From NCBI RefSeq assembly GCF_009914755.1, contig NC_060929.1: DNA of 64,000 nt; one strand, given 5' to 3'. Position 1 is the stretch's first letter. Each line of letters opens with the position of its first letter. The translations under genes and the position numbers were made by a program. A model generated the notes under the pieces. The model was not told the DNA's origin. It worked only from the letters and a program-made list of their open reading frames with translations, and did not search any database. This DNA is from the human T2T-CHM13v2.0 reference genome, Homo sapiens. Below are positions 41,483 through 54,824 of the stretch, in pieces.

Positions 41483-42108
41483 TGACATGGGAGCAAGAAG
41501 GCATTTACTGTCATAAACTGCTGGCAAAAAGATTCAAAAGATTTCATTACATTCTAATGCTTTAAAAATGCTTACTATAAATATAATACATGTTCTCAAT
41601 TTCGACTAATTATACTATTTCACTCACCACCCCACAGCCATGTCAGGAAACAGAATTGACTTTTTCTTTCTCAGAATACTATATTTGGACCTATATTTAG
41701 ACCTAATATTTAAGGTAGCATTGAATACAGACGCTACCTTGACATGCAATATCAGCTGTCATTTTACACTTCCACACAACCAGAAAGTAACTGCCTTTGC
41801 CTCAAGCAAAGATGAAAGGGACAGGAAAAATTAGATTATTATCTCTGGAAATCTCTTTAGGACCAAGCAGTTTCTTCTTCAGAAAGGAATGCATGACTCA
41901 TTTCATCACTCAAGAATTCCTTCAACTGCCAGAGAAAATCTATACTCCATAATTACAAAAGCCATCTCAGGTTCCTTCTCTGCTGCAAAAGCTAAGTACA
42001 GTATAGGCCAAGAGGAATCGTTCAGAGATTTTCACAAAGACGGTTCCAGGCAGTCTACAAACCCACTGTGTTGGATTTGAACACTGGACATTTGGAGGTC
42101 AAAATTCA

Positions 42109-42897
<789 letters not shown>

Positions 42898-43399
42898 TAG
42901 GGCTCTGTGCCAGAAGTGGGTTTAAAGATTGAGTTATTAATCGACTTTGACCCTGAACTCAGTAATGGTGTTGGAGTCAGTGGAAAATGGGAAAAACAGT
43001 AGTGAGTGTAAAGTCATAGCATGATAATTCCACAATTATCACCAGCTGTGGTTGCCTGAGGCAAAGCACATAGGGAAAGGAAAGCTCTAGGGGAGCAAGT
43101 TGCTACTGAACTTGACCATTATGGAAGCAAGGATGATAAGAAGGGGAAAGCGGGGATTGGGCTGCTTCTGAGTGCCATGGAAAGGACAAGCTCCAAGGTT
43201 GAAAACCTCACCAAGAGTCAGAGAAACAATTTTTGTTTGCCAATTTTAAAAAAATTATATATTTTTAAAAGGCACAAGGGAAGAACAGCTGTAATTGTTG
43301 ATGTATGGAAGTCATCTTGCAACCATAAGAGAGCCAATAAATAATTAGAAAGAGTCAGAACAGGTGAAAAACACCATGAAAGCCCTAAAAGATTACCAA

Positions 43400-43890
43400 A
43401 GCTCTTCTAGCTGAAGGACTGATACTGCTGAAAATCAGTCCAAAAATTTGGCTGTTGAGGTTGCAGAATTACAAAATGCATTGAATTCGCAGTCATGCCA
43501 ACCCTCCAATGTGAGAGTCAGAACACAGACTGGAAATAAATCAGACCCTGAAAACTGAAATGAGTCCATTTGGGTTGACTCAGAAACCTTTGAGAACCTA
43601 CACCCCTCACACCCTTTGCCTCCCTCACCCATAGAAGTCATTTCTCTTGGCCTGGCTGGGAGACTGGACTCCCTTTGCCTGAAGCCCTCATACTGCTCTC
43701 ACCTAGAAGCTGCCTTGCAAGGGAACACTGGTTCTCCTCAACACTCACCCAATACCTCTCATGCCCAGCAAACCAGAGCCCAGCACACCCTAAGGGGACA
43801 AAGGCCATGTCTAACCCAAGAGAAAATAGCTTATACCCCCAAAGAATTGCAAGATGGTGTTAATTTATACGGGCAGGAACCTGTGTGCCA
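43400..43890 (+). mobile_element. ERV-L class internal (gag) relic
   Basis: Translates to VAELQNALNSQSCQPSNVRVRTQTGNKSDPEN*NESIW and EKIAYTPKELQDGVNLYGQEP, resembling ERV-L Gag motifs as I recall them (VAELQRKLNSQ...VKVRALIGKEWDPENW.GD.W; YTPKEL..F.NLY.Q). Confidence 0.7.
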
Positions 43891-44039
43891 GTCAGAAGGG
43901 CAGAGTGGAAGATTACCCAGGTTCAGGCTAGAGGAAAAGCCTAATAAAGATCACATACATCCATGCAGAATCTGAAATCCTTGATTTTATAGTTTCACTC
44001 TCCAGAATTGAGCTGTTGTGATCCACTTAGGAAAGTGCA

Positions 44040-44362
44040 TGTAGTAAAGACTCCTAACTGGTCCCCAGTGTCCATATGTCCCTGTTTGTTTCTAGTGGTT
44101 CTAATCTGGACGCACACTATCTAGCTGAAGACTACATTTCCTGGGCCCCTTGGAACTACTGTGCAATGGGATATGAGTAAAGGTGGTGTGTGTAACTTCC
44201 AGGTCATTCAGTTACAGTCACTTCCAGATTCTGGAAAAGGCAGCAGCTGGAGCCACCATGGAAGCCATGAGTTAACTGCATGTCATATACCATAGAAGAG
44301 AAGCTTCTGACTTGATCCTCTGGATGGCTTTCTGTTAAAGGACCAGTGTTCTAACTAATACA
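44040..44362 (+). mobile_element. Old MaLR LTR (MLT1H/I/J-like)
   Basis: 'actacatttcctgggccccttg...caatgggatatgagtaaaggtggtgtgtgtaacttccagg...ctaactaataca'. Confidence 0.6.
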
Positions 44363-44849
44363 AGGTGTATTATTTTAAAATATAAATGCTCCTAGGGAAC
44401 TACATGTTAAATTTTTATGTGAATTAGTTTCACCAAATTACTTTGCCCCAGACTCCTTGAAGTTAAGTCAAAGACAGCAAGGTATTTGAAATGCCAAACC
44501 CCGCCCCCTGCACTTAGAGCAGACATTCTTCATCGATGACCACACTCTCCTCTAAGCCAACACCAATCCTTAACACAGTGCTTCTCTACTGGCAGCTTCC
44601 ACTAATTGACCCAATTTGGTGAAGAGATAAAATCTACTTACCATCCTGAGTTAGGTCTGTATGGAAAACAGCAAAATGGGATGGTCACTGAAGTGAAGAC
44701 TTTGAGACAATAAGAGGAGCAGGAGGGTCCATGAGTTAGGGAACACTGAACAGTAAATAACAACAACAAAAATGTCTGGAGTGTGCACTCTGTGTCAGCC
44801 ACTATTCTTAGCAAGGGCAGTCTAAACTGGCTTACAGGTGTGTAAGTCA

Positions 44850-45290
44850 GAGTCCTTGCTTACCAACAACAGAGTTCAACCCAGCTCAACCAAAAGGAAT
44901 GTAGAGATGTCTCCTGAAGAATCTCTAGGAGGGTCAGGAATTTAACTAGGAAGCTACACAGCCTAGAATGACACTCACATAATCTGAGTGGTATAATTAA
45001 GATTATACCACTGAACCACCCCAGGGAAGACACCACCTTTAGCCAGGTACAAGCACTCTAGACAGAACCAGCAACCCTGGCTCGAAAGTCCCATGGGGAC
45101 CTTAGCTGCTGCTGTCTCTGGAAGCTGGCTGGCTCCCCACCTACTCACAAGAAGGATCTCTCCTTGGGCTTCCCTCTTCCAGACTACACATCTGTTCAGG
45201 GGTGTCTGATGGGCTGAGACCAGGTCACACGCCTGTGCCTAGCTGCAAGGGAGTCTGAGAAAGCAAGTTTCTGGCTTCAAGGAAGCAAGG
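44850..45290 (-). mobile_element. Old MaLR LTR (MLT1K/L-like)
   Basis: 'tctgatgggctgagaccaggtcacacgcctgtgcctagctgcaagggagtctgagaaagcaagt'. Confidence 0.5.
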
Positions 45291-45366
45291 ATTACGATAA
45301 GCTGTGTTGGTTACCTATTGCTGTATTGCAAATTACCCCAAAATATAATGGCCTAAATCAGCAGTA

Positions 45367-47657
45367 TATTTTTTAAATTTTTTTAACTTTTATTTTAGGT
45401 TCAGAGGAACATGTTCAGGTTTGTTATCTAGGTAAACTTGTGTCACAGGGATTTGTTGTACGGATTATTTCATCATCCAGGTACTAAGCTGTATCAGTCC
45501 ATTTACATGCTGCTGATAAAGACATACCCAAGACTGGGGAGAAAAAGAGGTTTAATTGGACTTATGGCTGGGGACCTCCCACATGGCTGGGGAGGTCTCA
45601 GAATCATTGTGGGAGGTGAAAGGCACTTCTTATGCGGTGCCAGCAAGAGAAAAATTAGGAAGAAGCAAAAGCAGAAACCCCTGATAAACCCATCAGATCT
45701 TGTGAGACTTAATCACTGTCACAAGAATAGCACAGAAAAGACTGACCCCCATGATTCAATTATCTCCCCCTGGGTTCCTCCCACAACATGTGGGAATTCT
45801 GAGAGGTACAATTCAAGTTGAGATTTGGCTGGGGAAACAGCCAAACCATATCATAAGCCTAGCACCCCATAGCTATTTTTTCTGTTCCTCTCCCTCCTCC
45901 CACCCTCCACCCTCCAATAGACCCCGGTGTCTGTTGTTCCCTTCTTTGTGTCCATCTGTTCTCACCATTTAGCTCCCACCCAAAAGTGAGAACATGCGGT
46001 ATTTGGTTTTCTGTTCCTGTGTTAGTTTGCTCAGGATAATGGCCTCCAGCTCCATCCATGTTCCTGCAAAGGACATGACCTCATTCTTTGTTATGGCTTC
46101 ATAGTATTCCTTGGTGTATATGTACATTTTCTTTATGCAATCTGTCATAGATGGGCATCTTAGGTTGATTCTATGTCTTTGCTATTGTGAATAGTGCTGC
46201 AATGAACATTTGCATGCATGTGTCTTTATGGTAGAATTATTTATATTCCTCTGGATATATACCCAGTAATGGGATTGCTGGGTTGAATGGTAGTTCTGTT
46301 TTTAGCTCTCTGAGGAATCACCATACTGCTTTCCACAATGGTTGAACTAATTTACACTCCCACCAATAGTGTATGTGTTCCTTTTTCTTCACAACCTAGC
46401 CAACATGTTATTTTTTTGACTTTTTAATAATAGCCATTCTGATTGGTGTGAGATGTTGTCTGATTGTGGTTTTGATTTGCAGTTCACTAATGATCAGTGA
46501 CGTTGAGCTTCTCATATGGCTGTTGGCTGCATCTATATCTCTTTTGAAAAGTGTTTGTTCATGTCCTTTGCCCACTTTTTAATGGGGTTGTTTTTCTCTT
46601 GTAGATTTGTTTAAGTTCCTTATAGATGCTGAATATTAGACCTTTGTCAGATACATAGTTTGCATATATTTTCTCCCATTCTGTAGGTTGTCTATTTACT
46701 CTGTTGATAGTTCCTTTGTTCTGCAGAAGTTCTTAATTTTCCTATGACCAGAATGGCATTGCCTAGGTTATGTTCCAAGGTTTTTATAGTTTTTGGGTTT
46801 TACATTTAAGTCTTTAAGACATCTTGAGTTAACTTTCATATATGCTGTAAGAAAAGTGTTCAGTTTCAATCTTCTGCACGTGGCTAGCCTGTTATCCCAG
46901 CACCATTTATTAAATAGGGAGTCATTTCCCCATTGCTTGTTTTTGTCAGCTTTGTTGAAGATCCTATGGCCATAGGTGTACAGCCTTATGTCTGGACTCT
47001 TTGTTCTGTTCCATTGGTCTATGTATCAGTTTTTTGTACCAGTACCATACTCTAGCCCTGTAGTATAGTTTGAAGTCAGGTAATGTGATACTACTACTGT
47101 TGTTCATTTTGCTTAGGATTGCCTTGGCTATTCAGGCTCTTTTTTGGTTCCGTATGAATTTTAAAATAATTTTTTTTAGTTCTGTAAAGAATGTCATTGG
47201 TAGTTTGATAGGAATAGCATTGAATCTGTAAATTGCTTTGAGCAGTACGACCATTTTAATGATACTGGTTCTTCCTATCCATGAACATGGGATGTTTCTT
47301 CATTTGTGTTATCTCTGGTTTCTCTGAGCAGCATTTTGTAATTCTAATTGTAGAGATCTTTCACTTCCTGGTTAGCTGTATTCCTAGGCATTTCATTCTT
47401 TTTGTGGTAATTGTGAATGGGATTGCATTCCTGATTTGGCTCTTGGCTTGATGGTGGTTGGTGTATAGGAATATTAGTGATTTTTGTACATTGATTTTGT
47501 ATCCTGAAACTTTGCTGAAGTTGTTTAATCAGCTGAAGGAGTTTTGGGCCAAGACTATGGGGTTTTCTAGATATAGAATCATGTCATCTGCAAACAGGGA
47601 TAGTTTGACTTCCTCTCTTCCTATTTGTGTGCTCTTTATTTCTTTCTCTTGCCTGAT
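45367..47657 (-). mobile_element. 5'-truncated primate L1 (older L1PA-type): 3' UTR plus decayed ORF2 end
   Basis: Antisense L1 motifs 'agtgagaacatgcggtatttggttttctgttcc', 'ttatcccagcaccatttattaaatagggag', 'tatcctgaaactttgctgaagtt'; degenerate TSD CTAAATCAGCAGTA / CTAAATCTGCAATA. Confidence 0.92.
45490..45853 (-). mobile_element. THE1 solo LTR inserted in L1
   Basis: TG...CA termini, 'gctgctgataaagacatacccaagactggg...caattcaagttgagatttgg...acagccaaaccatatca'; 5-bp TSD TAAGC at 45485-45489 and 45854-45858. Confidence 0.93.
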
Positions 47658-48744
47658 CTAAATCTGCAATATTCTCTTTGATCTCTCACAGTATCTCTGA
47701 CAGTATCTGTAGGTGAGGAATTCAGTCAGGGCACAGTGAGAATGAATTGCTTCTGCTCTATAATGACTGGAACCTCAGCTGTACGACTCAAAGACTGGGG
47801 TCCAGAATCATCTGAAGACCCACTTACTCACGTGTCTGGCGGGTGCTGCTGGCTGTCTGCAAAGACCTCAACTGGGCTGATGGCTGGAAAACCCACACAT
47901 GCTGCCACTCCATGTGGCTTGGGCTTCCTCTCACCATGGCGTCTGGGTCTCCCTGGAAACATCCTGAGAAAAAGCTGAGGAAAGCAGTGTCCTACAATGA
48001 CCTAGTCTTGGAAGTCACATGGCTTTCATGTGTCCCCACACTGTCAAAGCAGTCTGAGCCACTGCTCAGATTCAATGCCACAGAACATAGAGCCCAGCCT
48101 TCCATGAGAGGAGTGCAATCAAAGTCAGCTTGGCCATCTTTGGAAAATACAATCTGTCTTAGGAGAGAAATTCTGCAAGCACAGGAAGGGTGTGCCAACG
48201 GTGCCAGAGGACGACAAGCATGACAGAAGTCCTCGCCACCCATGTCAGGTAGCAGCACTTGCCTGACCTCCTGCCCTGCCACCCCTTCCCCTTTTCGAGC
48301 CCTCTTCACCTTCCTCTCTTCCTTCCCTTCTGCCCTTCCCCCTACAGAGGCCCAGCAGCCTGTGCACTGTGGCACCATGAGAATAGCCTTGGACAAGGTA
48401 TCAGGACCAGGGACCCAGCTTCCTCTCTCACAGCCTCCTATGTGACTCTGGGCAAGACTCACTGCTGGGACCTCAGACGTCTGTGCTGTGAAATAAATAT
48501 TGGGTTGGGTTTTCAATTCAACAACAAAAATGTGTGTGCGCCCATTGTGTGTCTTGAGCAAATGCAGAGGTGAGCCTGAGGCATTCCTTGACATCCCCAA
48601 GCTCTTTCCTTCAGCATCTGGAGCCATTTGCTGTAGAGTGATTAGAGAATGAGAAAGGTGTCCTCCTAGCGCCCCAGCTGCAGGAGGCTAGGATCTCTTC
48701 ATTGCTGTCTCTACAGCAAACTGCATGCAGTGAGTGCTCTTGAG

Positions 48745-48985
48745 CAGTGGCTACAAGCTCTGTCTGGAGCCAAAGCTGGGTCTGAATTCGGGCTCCACTG
48801 ACTGTTCACTGCATTATTTTGAGCCAGTTGCTTAACTTCTCCCTGCTTCAGTTTACTTATCTATAAAGTAAGGATAAGCACGGTACCTACTTAATAGGGC
48901 TGTCACAAAGATTTAATGGTTGCATACATTTGTAGTGCTTGGGATGGCGCTCAAGATATGTAAGTGCCATTTAAGTGCCAGCTTG
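48745..48985. mobile_element. MIR SINE
   Basis: 'ttgagccagttgcttaacttctccctgcttcagtttacttatctataaagtaaggataa...tacctacttaatagggctgt'. Confidence 0.75.
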
Positions 48986-49440
48986 GTGATGGGAAGTGAA
49001 TGGCAAAAAAGGACACATGACCTGTAACATCACATACCCACGCTATGCTCCCTTGCAGTGAATTATTTTAGCAGAAAGTGTTTTTTTAATTTTGGCAGTG
49101 ATCTTAACACCTTAGTTCAGGAGAGTAAACAACCTGTACACATTTAGGGTGGGTATTTTGAGGCAATGTCTTGGTGACTTTAGGAGACTGGGGCTCATGA
49201 GGAAATAGGACCAACTGAAAAACTGGGAGGCAGTTTTTGAGATAGGTAATAAATGGGCAAACCACAGCTCTTCATGTCTTCATAGAAGCTGCAGCTGGAG
49301 ACAGCGGCACCTGGGACCACTGGGTGAATGTTCATGGAGGAGTCATTGGCAGATAGGACTTATTCTCAGATGATGGGCCTCTTGTGATGACCAGCATCCC
49401 TCTCTCCCTTCCTTTCTTCCCTTCATGCTAGACTGGTGCA

Positions 49441-49561
49441 GGCTGTCTGCAGATTCCCTAACCACTCCCCTTCCCCACCCCTCAGTGGCTTGGGCTTCCT
49501 CTCAACATGGTGTCTGGCTGTCTGCAGATTCCCTAACCACTCCCCTTCCCCACCCCTCAGT
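49441..49561. repeat. Perfect 46-bp direct repeat around a 29-bp insert
   Basis: GGCTGTCTGCAGATTCCCTAACCACTCCCCTTCCCCACCCCTCAGT at 49441-49486 and 49516-49561. Confidence 0.95.
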
Positions 49562-50321
49562 ACTCAACAACATAGCAGGAGCTACATACCCACAGTTGTC
49601 CTTAGAAATTATTTTATGTAACTATGATAAATGCCCTTAATTCAACTGTCTCAATATTATAAGTCTAATCTTCAATAAAATGACAACATTCGGTAATAAT
49701 TTTTTTTTCATTTTTACTGGTACACATTCCATTTTAGAATATTTGAAAATCAAAATGGAATAACTAAAACACAATGTAACCTCTACACACTGCTGGGCTG
49801 GGTAAATATCTGTTCATGCCAGGGGTAAAGCAGAACTTTCTAGAATCTTCTGAGATGGAAGAAGGAGGGGGGTTTACAAACCACACAGCCCCTTCTGCCC
49901 ACCCCTGACCTGACCATCCTGTCACTGAAGGAAATGTTTGGATCCATGGGCTGGAGAACTGAGGAAGGACGAAATTGAGATGTTCTACCTGTACTAACAT
50001 GATAATAGTGATAACATCATTCAAAATTTCTCCTTCTAGTCTTTTTTCCTGTGCATAGTTATATGTAGTTGTAGCTGCCGTGTGGATATAATTTTGCACT
50101 CTACTTTCTCACTTAAAATTATTATGTAGATCATGAATATTTCCATTTTGCGATATAATCTTGATAACTGTAACATTCTTGCTGCAAAATATATTCTAAG
50201 TGGATTCAGTGTGATTTACTTAACACTTTCCCTCCTATTGTAAATTTAGGTTGTTTCCAATCTTTAACTAACCTTTAGCTCCAGCCTTTTTAAGAGTTGA
50301 TCCAAGGTGCTCTAAGTGTGA

Positions 50322-50787
<466 letters not shown>

Positions 50788-51360
50788 TAAGGTATTTGAT
50801 CTCCCTAGCAATAACTCCATTCAGAAACAGAGGCCTCACAGAAAGCTGCATGCAATTTCAGCTAAACCACTCCCAAACCACATCTGATGACGTGTGTCCT
50901 TCAAGTGGGATCAGTTGCTGTCACTGCTACAAAGAGTTTCTGAAGCCTCGGCCCAGGTCAGTGGGTTCTGAAATCCGGACAATCACGCCCAGGAGACGTT
51001 TTCTCACCTCCCAGGGCAGGACAGAGACCGCAACTGAGTCTGAGACCCAGCAATGCAGCCGGCGTGGGGCATCAGGTAGAGAAGCACGGAGCTGGCACAG
51101 GGGGTCCCCGCTGGGTGTGGACCCCAGCTGGGCCTCCCAGCACGTGGTTGAGCTGGGGAAGCTGCTGGGCCTCCCTGAGACTCCGTTTCTACACCAGTGA
51201 AAGGGGTCAGATGAAATCTGAGAGGGCCTCTGTGGAAGTTAAATCAAACATGTAGAGCCTGCCGACCTGCCCGGTCCCTCATGTTAGATGAGCTCCCAGG
51301 ACTTTACAGACAGACACTGTCATCCTTCTCGCCTTATCTTAAAAATACATACATACATAT

Positions 51361-51440
51361 AAAAACAAACAAAAAACACAAACAAACAAACAAACAGACA
51401 AAACAGCTGGATAGAGCAAGGTCTCAAAACAAAACAAAAT
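51361..51440. repeat. (AAAC)n-like A-rich simple repeat
   Basis: Directly visible. Confidence 0.8.
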
Positions 51441-51944
51441 CAACCATGAAACCAGGGCAAATAGGCCCTCCCGTCGCAGCTGAGATTCCCACTGCCAGGG
51501 CACCCACCTGAGAGCACAGGCCCCCAGCCCTCTGCAGACGCACTCGTCTGCCGGTCGCCTCTCGGGGACCCAGGCGTGCAGGCACCCCTACTCTTTTAGC
51601 TCACGCTGTCAACTGGCTCTCCCGCAGACAACCCCAAATCACCCGACCCCAAACCTTTCAGGCCTGAAACTGTTTCCACAGTGGCCAGAAGAGTTATTTT
51701 TCAGTGAAAATTTCTAATAACTTAGAAAAGGTAAAAATGGTAAAAGAAGTTAAAAACAAGAAGTCACCATGACGGCACCCAGAGTGAAAGGCTTTCCTGG
51801 AGAACTCGGACGCTCCTCAAGTTCAAAGCCAAACCACCAGCAGCAGCGGCAGCAAGGTTTACAATCCTAAACCATGCAGGCTTCCGGCGTAATCTCTCCT
51901 GTACTTCGCCACCACTACAGCCTCACCGCTGGACAGCTCGGCCG

Positions 51945-53349
51945 CACACACACACCACACACACCACACACATCACACACTCACAGACACACCACACACT
52001 CACACACTCTCACACACACCACACATCACACACTCACAGACACACCACACACTCACACACTCACCACACACCGCACACACACTCACACACACACACACCA
52101 CACACCGTACACACACCACACACACACTCACACACACACCACACACCGCACACACACACCACACACCACACACACTCACACACCACACACCACACACACT
52201 CACACACCACACACCACACACACTCACACACCACACACATCACACACAGACACACCACACACACACTGCACACACACACCACACACCACACACATCACAC
52301 ACACACCACAAACATTACACTCATACCACACACATCACACACACACCACACACACCGCACACACGCACACACTACACACATTCCCACACACTCATACACC
52401 ACACACACCCTCACACACACACCACAAACACACCACACACACACCACATCAGTCACACACCACACACACACAAACACCACACACACGCACACACTACACA
52501 CACACCACACACTCATACACCACGCTCACACACCCCCACACACACCACACATATCATGCATTCACACACCACACAGAAGCACACACATGCACACACACTA
52601 CACACACACCACACACTCATACACCACACACACGACACATACCACACACACCACACATTCACACACTACACACTCATACACTATGCTCACATACACCATG
52701 CAAACACCACACACACCACACACCACACTCAGACACCACACATTCACACAAAGCACACACACCACGCTCACACACAACACACCACACACACCACACACTA
52801 CACACAATTACACACACTACTCACACACACCACACACACCACACTCACACACACCACACACATCACCCTCACACCACACACAAAACACCCTCACACACTC
52901 ACACATCACTCTCACACACACCATACACACATTACATACACAGCACACACACACCACACCCTCACACCACATCCCAGTCACACACCACACACTCACACAC
53001 TAACACCACATACACGCACACACATATCACACACTCATACACCACGCTCACACACCCCACACACACACCACACATATCACACATTCACACATCACACAAG
53101 CACACACATGCACACACACCACACACTCATACACCATACTCACACCCCACACACACCACACACACATCACACATTCACACACGACACACTCATACACTAT
53201 GCTCACACACACCATGCAAACACCACACACTACACACACTACACTCACACACACACCACACCACACTCACACCATACATACATACACACCACACACCACA
53301 CTCACACATCACATGCACACACACCACGCTCGCACACACACACCACACA
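51945..53349. repeat. ~1.4-kb degenerate CA/CACAC-rich tandem array
   Basis: Directly visible; almost devoid of G on the + strand. Confidence 0.97.
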
Positions 53350-54300
53350 GTGCAGAGCAGGATGCTTCCTGCAAACATGGAAGCTTCGCGGTTCCCAGTC
53401 CTTCCAGCTCCTGGGGATCTAAACTTGGTTTTTGCTTGAAATTTCGCCAGATTAAAAAAAGAGGAAGAGAGAGTTTAATGGGTTCAAGGAAGAAAGGGAG
53501 GCGCGGATGCGAGCATCCCAGTGGAAGGCAGACCGATCCCGTGCCGGGGGCACTCCGGGGTCCGCAGAGGGGGTGCCCTGTCCCTGAGCCCCGACAGCCC
53601 GCGCTGGGCGCGCTTTTCCGCAGCCTTCAGAAAGGAGTCACCAGGCAGCGCTCCGCGGGCCCCTCCTCCCGGGACCCCTCTTGGGAACCCGGAGGCCCTC
53701 GGCGCGGCAGGCGCAAGGGGAGCGGGGTCGGCGAGGAGGGGTGAACTGGCGAAACAAAGTCGTGACTCAGGGGGCTTCTCTTCGGGGATCGCGGCGGGCA
53801 CGCTCCGGGCATCCCACTCCCCGGCCCCGATTCTTGGATCGGTCCTCAAGAAAGCGGCCCCCGCGGGCCCCGAGCTGTGCGGAAAGGCCAGGCTCCTTCC
53901 GACCCGAAGGCATCTATAGGCTGCCTCCCAACCTTACCCAGATCGCGCTAACGGGGTTAAGTGGGGTCTGAGGCTCGGGCTGGGGGCCGCGGCGACCTGA
54001 GATCAGGGCAGGAGGGCCCCGTGCCTGAGACCCCCGGCGAGAGCGCCAGGCTCACCCCCAGCGCCCCGCCCCCGCCCGGCTTCCCCGGCCTGGCCTGCGC
54101 CCCCAGCAGCCCCCAGCCCGGCCGGCCCGGCGCGCACCGCGGTCTCCCCCAAGCGGCCGCGCGCGTGTCGCCGCGGGAGCGGGCGGCGGGGGCGGCTCGG
54201 CGCAGGCAAGCCGGCGGCTCCGCCCCGCGCCCCCCCTCCCGGCCAGCAGGGCCGCCCCCTACGCGCCTAGCTCGGCTCAGACGGAGCAGCCGCCTCTGCA

Positions 54301-54360
54301 ATGTCAGCAGCCGCAGCGGCGGCGGCGACGCGAGCGGCAGCAGCCCGGGCCCCGCGGTAG
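54301..54360 (+). other. Candidate uORF1 (19 aa, MSAAAAAAATRAAAARAPR)
   Basis: ATG 54301 to TAG 54358-54360, out of frame with UBE2QL1; relevant only if transcription starts upstream. Confidence 0.35.
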
Positions 54361-54627
54361 CCGCCAGCGCGGCACGGCCAGCAGGAGCGCCAGGCGCGAG
54401 CCCGCGGCCACTCGCTGCCTCCGGGGCACTGCGAGAGGCTTTGCGCTCCCCAGCGCGGCGTTCGGACTCGGGGCCAGCGCGGCCACGGCCGCGCACAAAG
54501 GACAGCAGACGCCGGGACTCGGGGGCTGTGCCCAGGGACCGGCCCGGGGACCCCCGCCCGCGCCGCGTCCCCTCCACGCCTCCCCTCCCCGGGCGGCCGG
54601 AGCGCGAGCCGGAGCGGGCCCCGTCAT

Positions 54628-54726
54628 ATGACAGCGGCGACGCCGCAGCCGGCGAGCGCGCGTGCTGCCTGCTCCGCTGCGCCACGGCCGCCGGCGCCTG
54701 GGGTGGCCCTTGCCTCGCCCCGCTGA
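54628..54726 (+). other. Candidate uORF2 (32 aa, MTAATPQPAS...LASPR)
   Basis: ATG 54628 to TGA 54724-54726, out of frame, ending 98 nt before the 54825 ATG. Confidence 0.4.
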
Positions 54727-54824
54727 GCGGTCGCCCGTCGCCGCCGCCCCGCGCCCCCCGCGCCCGGGCTTGCGGGCTCCGGGGGAGGAGCCGAGGGGAG
54801 CCCCCAGCCGGCGCCGAGCCTAAA

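Larger units (their letters stand above)
45303..48155 (-). mobile_element. MLT1G-like MaLR LTR split by an L1 insertion (pieces ~45303-45366 and ~47658-48155)
   Basis: 'tattgctgtattgcaaattaccccaaaa...ggcctaaatcagca' resumes as 'ctaaatctgcaata...ctcacagt...aggaattcagtcagggcacag...gccatctttggaaaatacaatctg'. Confidence 0.75.

Noticed and set aside
45859-47661. Short ORFs in the L1
   Set aside because: Fragments of a 5'-truncated, stop-riddled L1; not an active element
49441-49561. Repeat-spacer-repeat pattern superficially like a CRISPR unit (also 18193-18262 and 22489-22692)
   Set aside because: Eukaryotic DNA, only 2-3 units, no cas genes; explained by local duplication or template switching
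51874-53439. 521-aa His/Thr-rich ORF with a real ATG (and overlapping ORFs on both strands)
   Set aside because: Product of the CA-rich array, which rarely generates stop codons; several frames are open; no protein-like features
53961-54824. First 288 codons of the 577-aa ORF (GTG start)
   Set aside because: No in-frame ATG; Arg/Pro/Gly/Ala composition expected from a CpG island where stops are rare; probably begins upstream of the TSS
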